A DNA stretch of 64,000 nt, from contig NC_068996.1 in assembly GCF_001194135.2 (NCBI RefSeq), positions 7,263,680 to 7,327,679 of the forward strand. The letters are read 5' to 3'. A program made the position numbers and the translations under genes. This stretch comes from Octopus bimaculoides (lineage: Eukaryota). The notes under the pieces were generated by a model. The model saw nothing but the letters and a program-made list of their open reading frames with translations, ran no database searches and was not told the origin of the DNA. Numbering within the stretch: the first letter of the stretch is position 1; each line of letters starts with the position of its first letter. Below are positions 10,960 to 23,120 of this stretch, in pieces.

Positions 10960-11717
10960 CATATATATATGCATACACAACAACAAAGCCATTTATGGCT
11001 CAGCCAGTATGTTGTTGTCAAATGTTTCAATAATCTAATAATTTCATTATAAAAATGTTGTCGCTGCCATTAGTGAAAGACTATCAGCTAGCTTTCAGCT
11101 ACGGGTCACTTACTTGATTCTGTGTCCATTTATGTGAACACATGAATCAATTATAGAAATGCATTCTATTATCGAGACATCACAAACCACTCTTCTTTAT
11201 GTTGCAATGGTTTAACTCAGATGAACAATAGTATTATTAAATTGATACAACTGCATAATGTCATAAAGGTTATGCAATATTATTGATTGCGACAATCAAT
11301 AATTTAGATATCAATATGATCAAAAACAATGGTGATTGATGTAGTTTGACTTTCATAGGCTGGACAGTGGTACTGGGAAGATAGATACAAGGGATTATAT
11401 AGCAGAATATGTACCAAAGAAGAGTAAATAACATAGCTGACACACTAGTGGACAATCAAGGGAATAACAGGTGCTTGATGTGACATTTGAATTCACCACC
11501 TGTCATGTGTAGATGGCTTGAAGAGACCACCTGTCATGTATGGGGAGGATGAAAGTTCTGTCAACATTATTTTCAATAGGAAAGTGCTGTTTTGAAACTC
11601 CTAGATATCTAGTTTTGTGAGTGTAAAGCTTTTACTACAAGTGACCTTTCAGAATAGCAACTGGGAGCAATGGGATGATTAATTACTATCATTATAATAA
11701 AGGGTTTGCGTGTGCAT

Positions 11718-11761
<44 letters not shown>

Positions 11762-11872
11762 TCACACACACACACCATTGTTTTTCTACTCTCACTTTCC
11801 CATGCTTGCATGGGTCAGACAGAATTCATTAAGGCAGATTTTCTGCACTCTGTTGCTCTTCCTGTCATCATG

Positions 11873-11904
<32 letters not shown>

Positions 11905-11987
11905 TTCTGTGAGAGTTAGAGGTTGGGAAACCAACCAACTAAGGGATAGTGCCTATCCAATATATATATATATATATATCATCATCA

Positions 11988-12328
11988 NNNNNNNNNNNNN
12001 NNNNNNNNNNNNNNNNNNNNNNNNNNNNNNNNNNNNNNNNNNNNNNNNNNNNNNNNNNNNNNNNNNNNNNNNNNNNNNNNNNNNNNNNNNNNNNNNNNNN
12101 NNNNNNNNNNNNNNNNNNNNNNNNNNNNNNNNNNNNNNNNNNNNNNNNNNNNNNNNNNNNNNNNNNNNNNNNNNNNNNNNNNNNNNNNNNNNNNNNNNNN
12201 NNNNNNNNNNNNNNNNNNNNNNNNNNNNNNNNNNNNNNNNNNNNNNNNNNNNNNNNNNNNNNNNNNNNNNNNNNNNNNNNNNNNNNNNNNNNNNNNNNNN
12301 NNNNNNNNNNNNNNNNNNNNNNNNNNNN
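11988..12328. other. Assembly gap (others: 2041-2061, 42794-42803, 47056-47155, 50914-51424, 57210-57267, 59983-60114, 60765-60774)
   Basis: N runs, mostly bordered by microsatellites. Confidence 1.
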
Positions 12329-12378
12329 ATACTTACACTCTGGCGGGTATTCACATTGACATTACACATCCAACGGAG

Positions 12379-12560
12379 CATCATCATCATTTAACGTCTG
12401 CTTTCCATGCTAGTATGGGTTGGACGATTTGACTGAGGACTGGTGAAATTGGATGGCAACACCAGGCTCCAATCTAATTTGGCAGAGTTTCTACAGCTGG
12501 ATGCCCTTCCTAACGCCAACCACTCAGAGAGTGTAGTGGGTGCTTTTACGTGTCACCTGC
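12379..12560 (-). mobile_element. SINE family C
   Basis: Reverse complement of 52010-52189. Confidence 0.8.
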
Positions 12561-12913
12561 ATATATATATATATATATATATATGAGGGGGAGGTTGTGG
12601 TAAGAAGTTTGCTTCCCAACCACATGGTAATAGGTTATGTCTCTCTGCATGGCACTTTGGTCAGTTGTACTTTATTAAACAAACAAAGATGGTCATGCTT
12701 AATTAAAGTTGAGCAGAATTAAAACAACAACAAAACTAATTTTGAGACTTTTTCCCCCACCATTTTTCTTTTGCAACTGCAGATCTTGAAGCACATATAG
12801 CATGTAAATATTGGTTTGAAAATCCCTTTTAGATAGAAAAAGTTAAAAGGTTCCCATGGGACTCAAATCCACATCTACAAAATAAAATTTTTGTTGGTAA
12901 GAATAAAGTTTCT

Positions 12914-13144
12914 TATTTCTTTATTGCCCACAAGGGGCTAAACATAGAGGGGGCAAACAAGGACAGACAAAGGGATTAAGTCGATTACATCGACCCCAAT
13001 GCGTAACTGGTACTTAATTTATCAACCCTGAAAGGATGAAAGGCAAAGTCGACCTCGGCGGAATTTGAACTCAGAACTTAACGGCAGACGAAATACTGCT
13101 AAGCATTTTACCCAGTGAGGTAACGTTTCTACCAGCTCACCGCC
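12914..13144 (-). mobile_element. SINE family A with 20-bp TSD (1 mismatch)
   Basis: TTGGTAAGAATAA(A/C)GTTTCT at 12894-913 and 13145-164. Confidence 0.85.
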
Positions 13145-13184
13145 TTGGTAAGAATAACGTTTCTAAAATGGATATATTTGAAGG

Positions 13185-13256
13185 ATTGCTTTAGCCCAGT
13201 GGTAGAATGCCTGCCTTGTCCATAGGAAGTGTAGGTTCAAGTCCCACTGTCATTGA
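13185..13256 (+). pseudogene. Degenerate tRNA-like sequence (pseudogene or solo SINE head)
   Basis: A box TAGCCCAGTGGTAG, B box GGTTCAAGTCC, followed by a T run; stems are poor. Confidence 0.35.
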
Positions 13257-14421
13257 TTTTTTTCTATTTAAAAGGTTTTCTAACCAAATATTTATTTGCT
13301 GATTATAGCTTTGTGTGCTTCCAGATCCATTTCTTCTAATAAGAGATTATTTCATGTTCTCTCAAAAGTTTATAATTTTAAGATAATCTTTTGTTCCCAT
13401 GACACTCTACAATGGATCTGTTTTTACTTTTTTCTTTTTTTTTTATCATGTCATCTTTATATAACTTGTAACATGTTCTAAATATAAGAAATTGAGATCT
13501 CAATGTGGTTGTTTAAATCTATTAGAAATAATTGTCTATCTCCCTCAAACCACATATTAATCTTTAAAACATTTGATAATGCAGTCTGGGGACAATAACT
13601 GTGTTTGAGATAAAAAATAAAATGAGGTGGTTATGAGTGAAATAATTTTTGATCATGAATTTGCTAGAATATGGCTGATTTGGGGCTAAATGACAACAAT
13701 TTATGTAATAAAAACAAACTTCCTGCTTCTTGTAATGAATCTATCCAATCAGAATGAAAAATAATTAAAAAATAAAACAGTAAACACCTCTACCATCAGC
13801 ACTACTACTATCATAATAACTATAATAACTATGATGGCAATTAATAATAATTAAAAATAATATATCTTCATTATCAATAATAAAGAATATAATTATCTCA
13901 TTGATGGTAGTGCTTCCTTAATTGGAAGCTTATTTAGGCATGTTAAAGTTAATGACAGCTGTATAAAATCCATTTTCTCATAGTGGTGCCGGCATGGCTA
14001 TGTGGTTAAGAGCTGTGCTGTTGTGTGGTTTTGGGTTCAGTCCTACTGTATGGCACCTTGGACAAGTGTTTTCTCTTATAGCTTCTGGACAACCAAAGTC
14101 TTGCAAGTCTAATTTGGTGGGCTAAAATTGTGTAGAAGCTTGTTATATATATAATTAATCAACATTTGAAGTAAAAGCAACTCTAGTGCAATAAATATTA
14201 TTAAATACATATGCTAATGTATATGCATTGTGTGTTTTCTGGTGGCTGCAATGGCATAATGAAATATATAACTCCCATGTCACCAGTGTTAAAACACCTT
14301 AGGATCATGGGCAAGTAAGATAACTCAGCTTCAGCCCCATTTGGGAATGATGGACATTGATGTTTCACCATTTTTGTGGCTTGTCAGCATTATGCACTCT
14401 CATAGGTTGAAGGCAGGTCAC

Positions 14422-14491
14422 CTAGCCAGTCCATGACTCTTATGTTCATAGCTTGTAAAATCATGAGCTGGTATGCCTGGAAATTGCATAC
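14422..14491 (-). CDS. Candidate exon (G)MQFPGIPAHDFTSYEHKSHGLA(R)
   Basis: Acceptor aaattttctcttag|, donor TAG|gtgacc; 70 nt. Confidence 0.5.
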
Positions 14492-14718
14492 CTAAGAGAA
14501 AATTTACATATGAAGTAGTTAATATTTATAATTAATCAAACTTCAGAGAATTGAGAGGTAAAATAATTATACTGTATGTTTATAGCCATTTCATAATCTC
14601 TATACAGTTACATCATTGATGCTAAAATCATCCTACACACTTATAAGCATATAAAGTATACATATAGAGCTTACCATGAGTTTTATTTGATTCCAGGATT
14701 CCTTATTACTGTTATATA

Positions 14719-14782
<64 letters not shown>

Positions 14783-15064
14783 TTTTGTATTGGCTTGTGA
14801 GATCTGTTCAAAGAATTATGCTGAATAAAACTGAATGCAAATTTGATTAATGTCACTACGCAATGTCTAATAAAACAGTTTTACTATTTCTTTTTTTCTT
14901 ATGATATTTCAATGTTAAAAAAACTTTTCAAATAATATTGTGGAAGAAGATAGAAAAAAAAAATCCCAAAATCTGTAATTCTTGACAGTTGAGGCAGAAC
15001 TCTAACATGTTTGAATTGAAATGATGCAAAGCTATCCATAGATCTTTTTTTAGTTCTTCATCAC

Positions 15065-15073
15065 CCGCAGTTC
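15065..15073 (-). CDS. Candidate exon start; 9-nt microexon GAACTGCGG or a longer exon (TAGDEELKKDLWIALHHF...)
   Basis: Strong acceptor cttcttcatttcatttgaacag|; first donor CGG|gtgatg; the frame also stays open further downstream. Confidence 0.4.
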
Positions 15074-15950
15074 CTGTTCAAATGAAATGAAGAAGTAGCT
15101 ACTATTGTAAGACAAACAAAGTATTTTATTTATAAAATCACATTGTCACAGCTTTAAAATGTCTGGTTCCATACATCACAATACTTCAAGCAGATTTCAC
15201 AAGCAAGTTTTAAAAAAATATATTTTACATACAAGATAACACTGAGATGGAATTTTGAAAGATTCAGTGAGAAGCATTATTAACAGTCATCTAACAACAT
15301 CTGAGAAGACTAATTTGGAAATAACAAATTGTTTTTATCCTACTGTAAAAATTGATTCTTACTACAAAGCTTATAAACTGTGTTAATTATTTCTGTATAT
15401 AATTCAAGTTAGCACACCAATTCAGTGTTTATTTTTCTTAAGCATTTTTATCCAGCAGTATTGGTAAAATATACACTTCACTGAAGAGATTTTAATAAGA
15501 CTGAAACATATCCTAAGTTGTCACCCACCTGCCAAGATCAGAATTACTTACTACTCACTGCCTACATTGCATTTGTAGTTACTTTTTATTAATGAAAATT
15601 TCTGGACAAAAAAGGAATGAAATTTTAATGAAACTAACGATTATTCGCTTTTATTAAAACAGAAATTCTGATTAAAAACATTTTGTCGCACAAAATTAAA
15701 TATATTAATGCCAATTTGACTGTTTAAGACAAAGGTTTAATTCATGATGGTTTTTACCTTAACTTGTATCAAAAACTTACATATCCATTTAGGTGCTGGT
15801 GTGGCTATGTAGTAAGAAGCTTGCTTCCCAAGCACATGGTTCTGAGTTCAGTTCCCTTGCATAGCACCTTCGGCAAGTGTCATGGGCTGACCAAAGCTTT
15901 GTGAGTGGATTTGGCAGACAGAAAACTGAAAGAAGCCCATCATGTATATA

Positions 15951-15981
<31 letters not shown>

Positions 15982-18880
15982 ACACATATATTTCCCCCAT
16001 TCTAGCATGGAACACGAACATTAAATGATGATGGTGATGATTTCTGTATGTGTCTTTGTGGCTATGTTTGTCCCCACCCCCCACCATCACTTTTCAACTG
16101 ATGTTAGTATGTTTACATCCCCATAACTCACCAGTTCAGCAAAAGAGACCAAAAAAATTAGTATTAGTCTTAGAAAGAATAAGTGCTGGGGCTGATTTCT
16201 TTGACTAAAATCCAAGGTGATGTTCCAGCATGGCCACAGTCAAGACTGAAAGAAGTAAAAGGATAAAAGAACTATAGCTTCAAACTTTTTTTAATTACTA
16301 TTCTTTTCTTTATCTTCAATATAATAATTCTACCTTTCTTGATACATTTATTAACTCCATTTTAAAATTTTTTCTTCAATTTCCTATCCCTATTTAGTTA
16401 ATTATCACAATCTTTAATTTCTATTTTAGCTTGCAATTAAATATTTCAACTTGCAATTAAATATTACACAAAGTCTATAAGTATAATTTTCTTTTTAAAT
16501 TTAGGCTTTACAATCATTTTTGAAAATGGAATTAGTTGAATGGATTCTTTAACCTTTTTGACACCTACTCACATGTGCCTGCCTTTAGTTCTCTCAGATA
16601 AAACCTCAAAATTTTTTAAATGCTCATATTTACATAAAAACATTTCATCATAGCTTAGTTTTTTTTTTGTTTTATTTTTGTGGGGTAAGTACATAAAACT
16701 AAGTTCTAGGCTTTAGATTAATCATGAAAAAATAAGGGCTATTTTACTAATACTTTTGTCATTATACTTATGTTGAAATATTTCTTTTGTTTAACTTTGA
16801 AAATCATGAATTTAGTAGAATAACTTTAACATTAAGCTGGTCTCTGGAGTATAAATTAACATGAAATTTTGATCAGTTTTAATTAAGATCATTTTAAGGC
16901 CGGAAGTTTGTATCACAGATCCAGGAGTGGTCTTGTGTATTGGTATTAAAAGGGTTTAATTAAACATTACATCAGTTTTCTGTAAGAACTTTTTAAACTA
17001 AAGTTCCAAAGAGAACTTAATAAGGAAAAAAAATGGGTTATTTTACTATACTCTTCCAAATTCTTGATTATGTTAAAAAAAAAAAAAAGCTAAAATACTA
17101 TAGGCAATGTACATCCAAGTATTTTTGCATAAATTATTGGAAATCGTTGTTTTGAAACAGTCTTCCCAGTTCAAACTATTCAACTGTGAAATAACTAAAA
17201 CACATATCTAACCTTTGGTCTTTTGGTAGGCTGATAAAATTTAAGCATCATGTCTTGTTTATCATTACAATGTAATGATGAAGAAAATTTAATTTCAGAA
17301 GCACAAGTTCATACTATGACCTTAACTTCATGTCTCTTTTAGTGTCAATCTCGAATTCTTACATTCTCAGACATTCCAAATTGATTCTTAACACAATCCA
17401 ATAGATTACATTCAAACATTTATCTTTTCTAGATACTTTCAACATTTTTACCAATAAGAGAAAAGTATTCGTTTCTATTGACCAGGAATATAATAATTGG
17501 TTCGCATCATGAATAGAATTGATTAAAGAGAGAAATGGTAACAACAGTAATGATGATAATAGTGGTGGAGATATAATGTCTGCGAATGATAAATATCAAT
17601 GTGATGATGCATATGGAAGTGTTACATGAAAAACAGAAATAAAACTAAAGTACATGAGCATTACACACGCACATACCTACAACAACAGACGTCATTTAAG
17701 AATTTTATGAAGGAAAGCAATAACTGTGGGAAGAGGAGGAGGAGGAGGAGGTTATAAAGTTCAAGTAGTTTATTTCTCTCTTTCTTCCTTTTCTTTTCTC
17801 TCTCCCTCTTTTATTCTTTTCTCTTTCTTTTCACTCTTTTCTCTCTAAGTATTCATCTATGTCATGTATGTCTCTTTATGTCTGTTTGTCTCTGTTGCAA
17901 AGACTGATTTCTCTAATGCTTCTACCATTACTGCAATGAATTCATCCGATGGCGGAACTTCTACATGGTTGCTTGACCTGCTAGAAATAGCAAGTAAATC
18001 TAAAATCATTATCTACTTTTCCCCCCACCTTTTAAAGAATGAGAGGGCACATTGAATAAAATTCAGGTTGGGTACAGGGAAGATGAGATGGTCACCACAT
18101 CAACACCTTTGATAGATAGGTCCACTTTCTCAGGAGCTAAATAACTGTTGCTATAAACTTGCCAAATTTGGTATTGTTTCCTCCCCTTAACATCTTTAAT
18201 GCATTTGTTCTGCCACCCCTTCCCTCAATTCTCCCTCCATGTCTTAACCACCCTATTATTCCTCACCTCTTAAACCCTTCTTGTGTAAATGTAGTTTCTA
18301 CGAACAAGGGAGTTTCTATGAAGTCTTGCTAGAAATAGTCAAAAATCTCCCTTAAATTGCACCTTACTGTCTTAAATACATTAACCAGTGGGATGGCTAC
18401 AGTTAGAAGGCCTTTTAATTATAGGTTTCCTGGATTAGGGTTGAGTTGAGGAGCATCACCCAAATCAATGGTTTATGCAATATTATAGAAAATTATAGTT
18501 GTGTAACTATAAAAATACACAGTATTATAATATTTGGGTAATGGTCAATAAATACCAGTCATAAACTGAGGTAGTTGATTTAATCGAGAATGTTTCACAT
18601 TTATGAGTTTTATTCTGTAGTGATTCTATGTTGTGTCAAGGTATGCTATATTTTACTGGTTAATTATTAATTTCATTTCCACTTATGAATACATGATTAT
18701 AATTTCTGTAAGCTGTGTGGCTCTCTTGTAGAGAAGAACTAAGTTTATCATACTTCAGCTGGTTTTTGAATACAAGACATTTAGTTGAATTGACACTGCA
18801 AATAATAGGCATTTTTCTGTTCCTTGAAGTTACCGATTCTGATTTATTAGGATCACACACATACAGGTACAAATGCACAC

Positions 18881-18960
18881 GCATGAAATCAATTCCTGGA
18901 CATTGGTCGTATGTTGTCACTTTGGAATTTATTGCATTCGTTAAGTGTTCTCCTATAGCC
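18881..18960 (-). CDS. Candidate exon AIGEHLTNAINSKVTTYDQCPGIDFM
   Basis: Strong acceptor tttcttctgctcag| and an open frame. The donor is uncertain: ATGC|gtgtgc at 18881 or TCG|gtaact at 18834. Confidence 0.6.
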
Positions 18961-19344
18961 CTGAGCAGAAGAAAGATGATTTCAGTTTACACAGCATTCA
19001 TTATTTCAAGACATATTAAGGCTGTAAACAGATATTCAAGTGGTGTTATTCATATCTGGTCTTCTATGAAAACCTGTCCAGCCATGGATGAATATGGAAA
19101 GAGCTAAGTAATATTTCAACAGGAATAGCATCTAGCTGTACAAAATCTGCTTTAGTGAATTCATTCTAACTTATGCAATCATAGAAAAGTGGACATTAAG
19201 ATGACAATATTATAGAAGGGCAATGGATTAGGTGAATTAGTGGGTTTAAGGATTGTGCTGTAGCTAGTAAAAGAGCAAGGGGAGTGATTGCTCCTACGCT
19301 GCACATTTTTCCAAATAGGTACCTTTTATAAAATGTATAATCAT

Positions 19345-19761
19345 AGGCATAGGAGTGGCTGTGTGGTAAGTAACTTGCTTACCAACCACATGGTTCCGGG
19401 TTCATTCCCACTGCGTGGCACCTTGGGCAAGTGTCTTCTACTATAACCTCGGGCCAATCAAAGCCTTGTGAGTGGATTTGGTAGACGGAAACTGAAAGAA
19501 GCCTGTCGTATATATGTATATATATATGTATGTATGTGTGCGTATATGTTTGTGTATCTGTGTTTGTCCCCACCAACATCGCTTGACAACCGATGCTGGT
19601 GTGTTTACATCCCCGTAACTTAGCATTTCGGCAAAAGAGACCGATAGAATAAGTACTAGGCTTCCAAAGAATAAGTCCTGGGGGCGATTTGCTCGACTGA
19701 AGACAGTGCTCCAGCATGGCCACAGTCAAATGACTGAAACAAGTAAAAGAGTAAAAGAGTA
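19345..19761 (+). mobile_element. SINE family B, full length (tRNA-like head, central (TA)/(TG) tract, (GTAAAAGA)n tail)
   Basis: Near-identical copies at 34125-34531 and 54482-54838; more diverged copies at 268-672, 15795-16265 and 39268-39619. Confidence 0.85.
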
Positions 19762-20238
19762 ATCAGTGAGTTAAAAATTGTTTGGTCTGTGTCATGGTGC
19801 CTTTTTTTATGTGCTCACTCCCTCCCAACTTTAGAACCAGACTACGCCCCTGGCTGTGAATAAACTGCAGTGTGGTACTTAGTTTTATAATACTGTAGAT
19901 TTGAAGAATGCTATTGATTAGAAGTCATTGGTTTTAGTTCAAGGATAAAACATGCTGTTAGCTTTCCTTGATTATATCAGCATGTACCATGCTTTTGCTA
20001 ATAATTTTTATCATTCAAACCAGAATGATAATAACAAAGTTTACCTCAGCAGGATTTGATGTCAGAGCACAGAGCCAGAAGAAATATCACTGTACATTGT
20101 ATTTGATACTGTCATGACTCAGCTAATCATATGCACACATGCACACACACAAACATGTGCACACATGCACACAAGCATATGCACACATATATTAACACAT
20201 GTACATAGACATGCACACATATATTCTAACATATACAT

Positions 20239-20275
<37 letters not shown>

Positions 20276-20485
20276 ACACATGTATATGCACATATATAAA
20301 TGCACATGTGTACAGACACACGCACAAAGAACAAGTTCATGCCAGCTGCATTAATTTGCTTTAATTTATAGCTTGGTAAATTCCAGAAAAACTTTTAATG
20401 CACTAATTATAAACATCAACTTAAATGCTCTGGCACGACACATCATTCATTTTAATCACTTATATATATATGTATATATATTCTT

Positions 20486-20862
20486 CTACTCTTTTATTTA
20501 TTTCAGTCATTTGACTTTGGAGCATCACTTTTAGTTGAACAAATCTACCCCAAGACTTATTCTTTGTAAGCTTAGTTCTTATTCTATCGGTATCTATTGC
20601 TGAACTGCCAAGTTAAGGGGATGTAAACACACCAGCATCAGTTGTCAAGCAATGGTAGGGGGACAAACACAAACACACAAACGTATATATATATATATAT
20701 ATGACAGGCTTCTTTTAGTTTCCGTCTACTTAATCCACTCACAAGGCTCTGGTCAGCCTGAGGCTATAGTTGAAGACACTTGCCCAAGGTTCCACACAGT
20801 GAGACTGAACCCAGAATCATGTGGTTCGTAAGCAAACTACTTACCACACAGCCACTCCTGTG
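20486..20862 (-). mobile_element. SINE family B, full length, inverted relative to 19345-19761
   Basis: Reverse complement of the family B head and tail. Confidence 0.8.
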
Positions 20863-21747
20863 CCACCATTCTGTGGTATTCCAAGATGGCTTTAACAGTA
20901 ATGGCTAACAAAGACTTGAGAATATATCTATGAAGCATGCTGATTACATCTTCCACAAATGATTCTGTCTGATTTGTTTACTCATTTACTTTTTTTATGT
21001 AACAGACATATATAGCTGTGTGTGGTTGAGAAATTGATCTTAAAAGGATAAAAAGCAAAGTCAATCTAGGCAGAATTTGAACTCAGAATGTAAACCTGGA
21101 AAAAATGCTGCTAAGTATTTTGTCTGGCATGCTAATGATTCTGCCAGCCCCCTTCCTTCAGTAATAATAATTTCTATTTTTGGCACAATCACAAACTTGA
21201 ATAAAGTATAATTAATACTGGTGCCAGTTGTGTTATTTTATAAATTCTTAGTTTTTTTTTTTGTTGTTTTTACAGAGTTGTTAATGAATAATCATGTCAT
21301 TTGTAGGTTTCCAGTCAACCAATCATTGCTTCACTATATTTCTGTTGACAAGGGAGTGTATATAACTTGATGGATTTAGTTTGAAGAGCTCTTTTTTTTC
21401 CTGTTTTTTATCACTTCTTTACAAATACATTGTACAAAACAAACATACATACTTAGACACATATATATACACCATCACAAGAATCCTCCCCTACAATCCT
21501 GGCTTTTCATTCTTAATTGCAGTCCAGTCATCAGTCAACAATAGCTGAAGCCAATTGGCCAATAAAATCCTATGTGGCAGGCACACAATATTTGGCCTTT
21601 GGTTGACCCAAGATTACAACTACATCAAAGAGGCAACCTGTTAAAAGACATGCTTGAGAAATGGTGACCACCCTTGTTCACCATCCAGAAATTTCTGAGG
21701 TTACTTCAGCCTCAGTTCACGCATGTACATCTTTACCCATAACATAC

Positions 21748-21780
21748 CTGAGTCCTGGTTTTTTCCTGATGGCTAATGAC
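21748..21780 (-). CDS. Candidate 33-nt exon SLAIRKKPGL(R)
   Basis: Branch-point-like cttaac then tacctccag|, donor CAG|gtatgt; phase 2-2 links to both neighbours. Confidence 0.6.
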
Positions 21781-22161
21781 CTGGAGGTAGTTAAGCAGGT
21801 GACTTTACTGTCAAGCTGTTTTTAAGTGTGCATATTTGCATCGTTAAATTTCAGTTCTGACATATGTTAAGTAAAGAATAAATGGAACAGTTCATTTAGT
21901 ATATGTTTGGTCAACTGAGTTTTGTAGTTCCCCCAAACTTCAGTTGTATACATCCATATACATTCTAATATATTTCTGATTACGAGTAAACAGGGTATTC
22001 TATTTGTGTGTATGATCGATCAAAGGGCTGACTGAATGAAACTGTAGTCTAAGAATATAATATCTGTTTATGTAACATCAAAGACAACACAGACATCTGT
22101 TAGTATAAGTCAGCAGTGCATAGGCCACTTTTACTTTGAAATGCTAGACTTATGCACTCAC

Positions 22162-22215
22162 CTCATATGTGGGAATTTCACAGCAAATTTTGTAAACATT
22201 TTGTTATGGTCCTTG
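22162..22215 (-). CDS. Candidate exon KDHNKMFTKFAVKFPHM(R)
   Basis: Perfect donor GAG|gtgagt; acceptor gttctag| is modest; 54 nt, phase 2-2. Confidence 0.55.
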
Positions 22216-22290
22216 CTAGAACTCTGACAGCTGCTGCCTTCTTTTTTCATAATACCTTCTTGGTTTGTATTGTTTAAGCAATCAACTCAC

Positions 22291-22323
22291 TCAGTGTTCA
22301 TCTCTTGGAGAATGGTGAAGCTA
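22291..22323 (-). CDS. Candidate 33-nt exon (x)SFTILQEMNT(D)
   Basis: Acceptor tactcttcag| (NAGNAG with tag), donor TGA|gtgagt; phase 2-2. Confidence 0.4.
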
Positions 22324-23080
22324 CTGAAGAGTATATCTGTGTTCATGTTGTTTTAATTTTAGCAGGCATAGCTGTGTGGTTAAGGAGTTTGCTTCCCAAC
22401 CGTATAGTCTCAAATTCAGTTCCATAGCATGGCACCTTGGGCAAGTATCTTCTTACATAGCTCTGAGTTGACCAATGCCTTGTGAGTGCATCAAACTGAC
22501 AAAAGCTCTTGGCATATAAGTACATGTGTATGTGTTGTGAGTGTGAATGTCTGTTTCACCATGTCTTCATGTAGAGTTTAACATCGTGTAAAGTTTTAAA
22601 TGAATGTCATTCATTTCCAATGTTCTTCGAAAATACATCTAACCACGAATAAAATATATTACTTGGAAACAAGTAATGATTAGCAACAGGAAAGGTATCC
22701 TGATGTAGAAAATTTACTTCAATAAACCCCATCCAACCCATGCAAGTATGGAAAAGTGGACATTAAACTGATGCTAATGTTGAATAAACAGCAGGAAAGA
22801 GCCATAACTTGCTGGTCCGATTTCATGTCTTGTACATTGGAAAGAACCTAGCTTCTTTTTCTCACTGTATATCATTCTTCAGGTACATGCTTTAAAGAAC
22901 TGCACAGTTCATTAGGAATGCATCATTAAGTGTAGTAGCAATGGTGCAGTAATCTTGGTGCAGCAACATTGCGTTGATATATTTGCCACCATTTTTGATG
23001 AACTTGTGAAAAATATTCGATAAGGTTAAACTACTTTCACTATTTACTATTGATTTCAGCTTGTCTTGATTTTAGAAGAG

Positions 23081-23120
<40 letters not shown>

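Noticed and set aside
11675-12394. Long ORFs spanning N runs (also 46803, 50849-51518, 57036, 59539-60528)
   Set aside because: Their length comes from assembly gaps and low-complexity tracts.
18715-19107. 130-aa plus-strand ORF
   Set aside because: It has no recognisable motif and is best explained as the antisense shadow of the minus-strand exon at 18881-18960.
22883-23024. Plus frame VHALKNCTVH*ECIIKCSSNGAVILVQQHCVDIFATIFDELVKNIR* as an exon opened by A-to-I stop recoding
   Set aside because: It needs two stops to be recoded, several frames on both strands are similarly open, and there is no homology or phase support.
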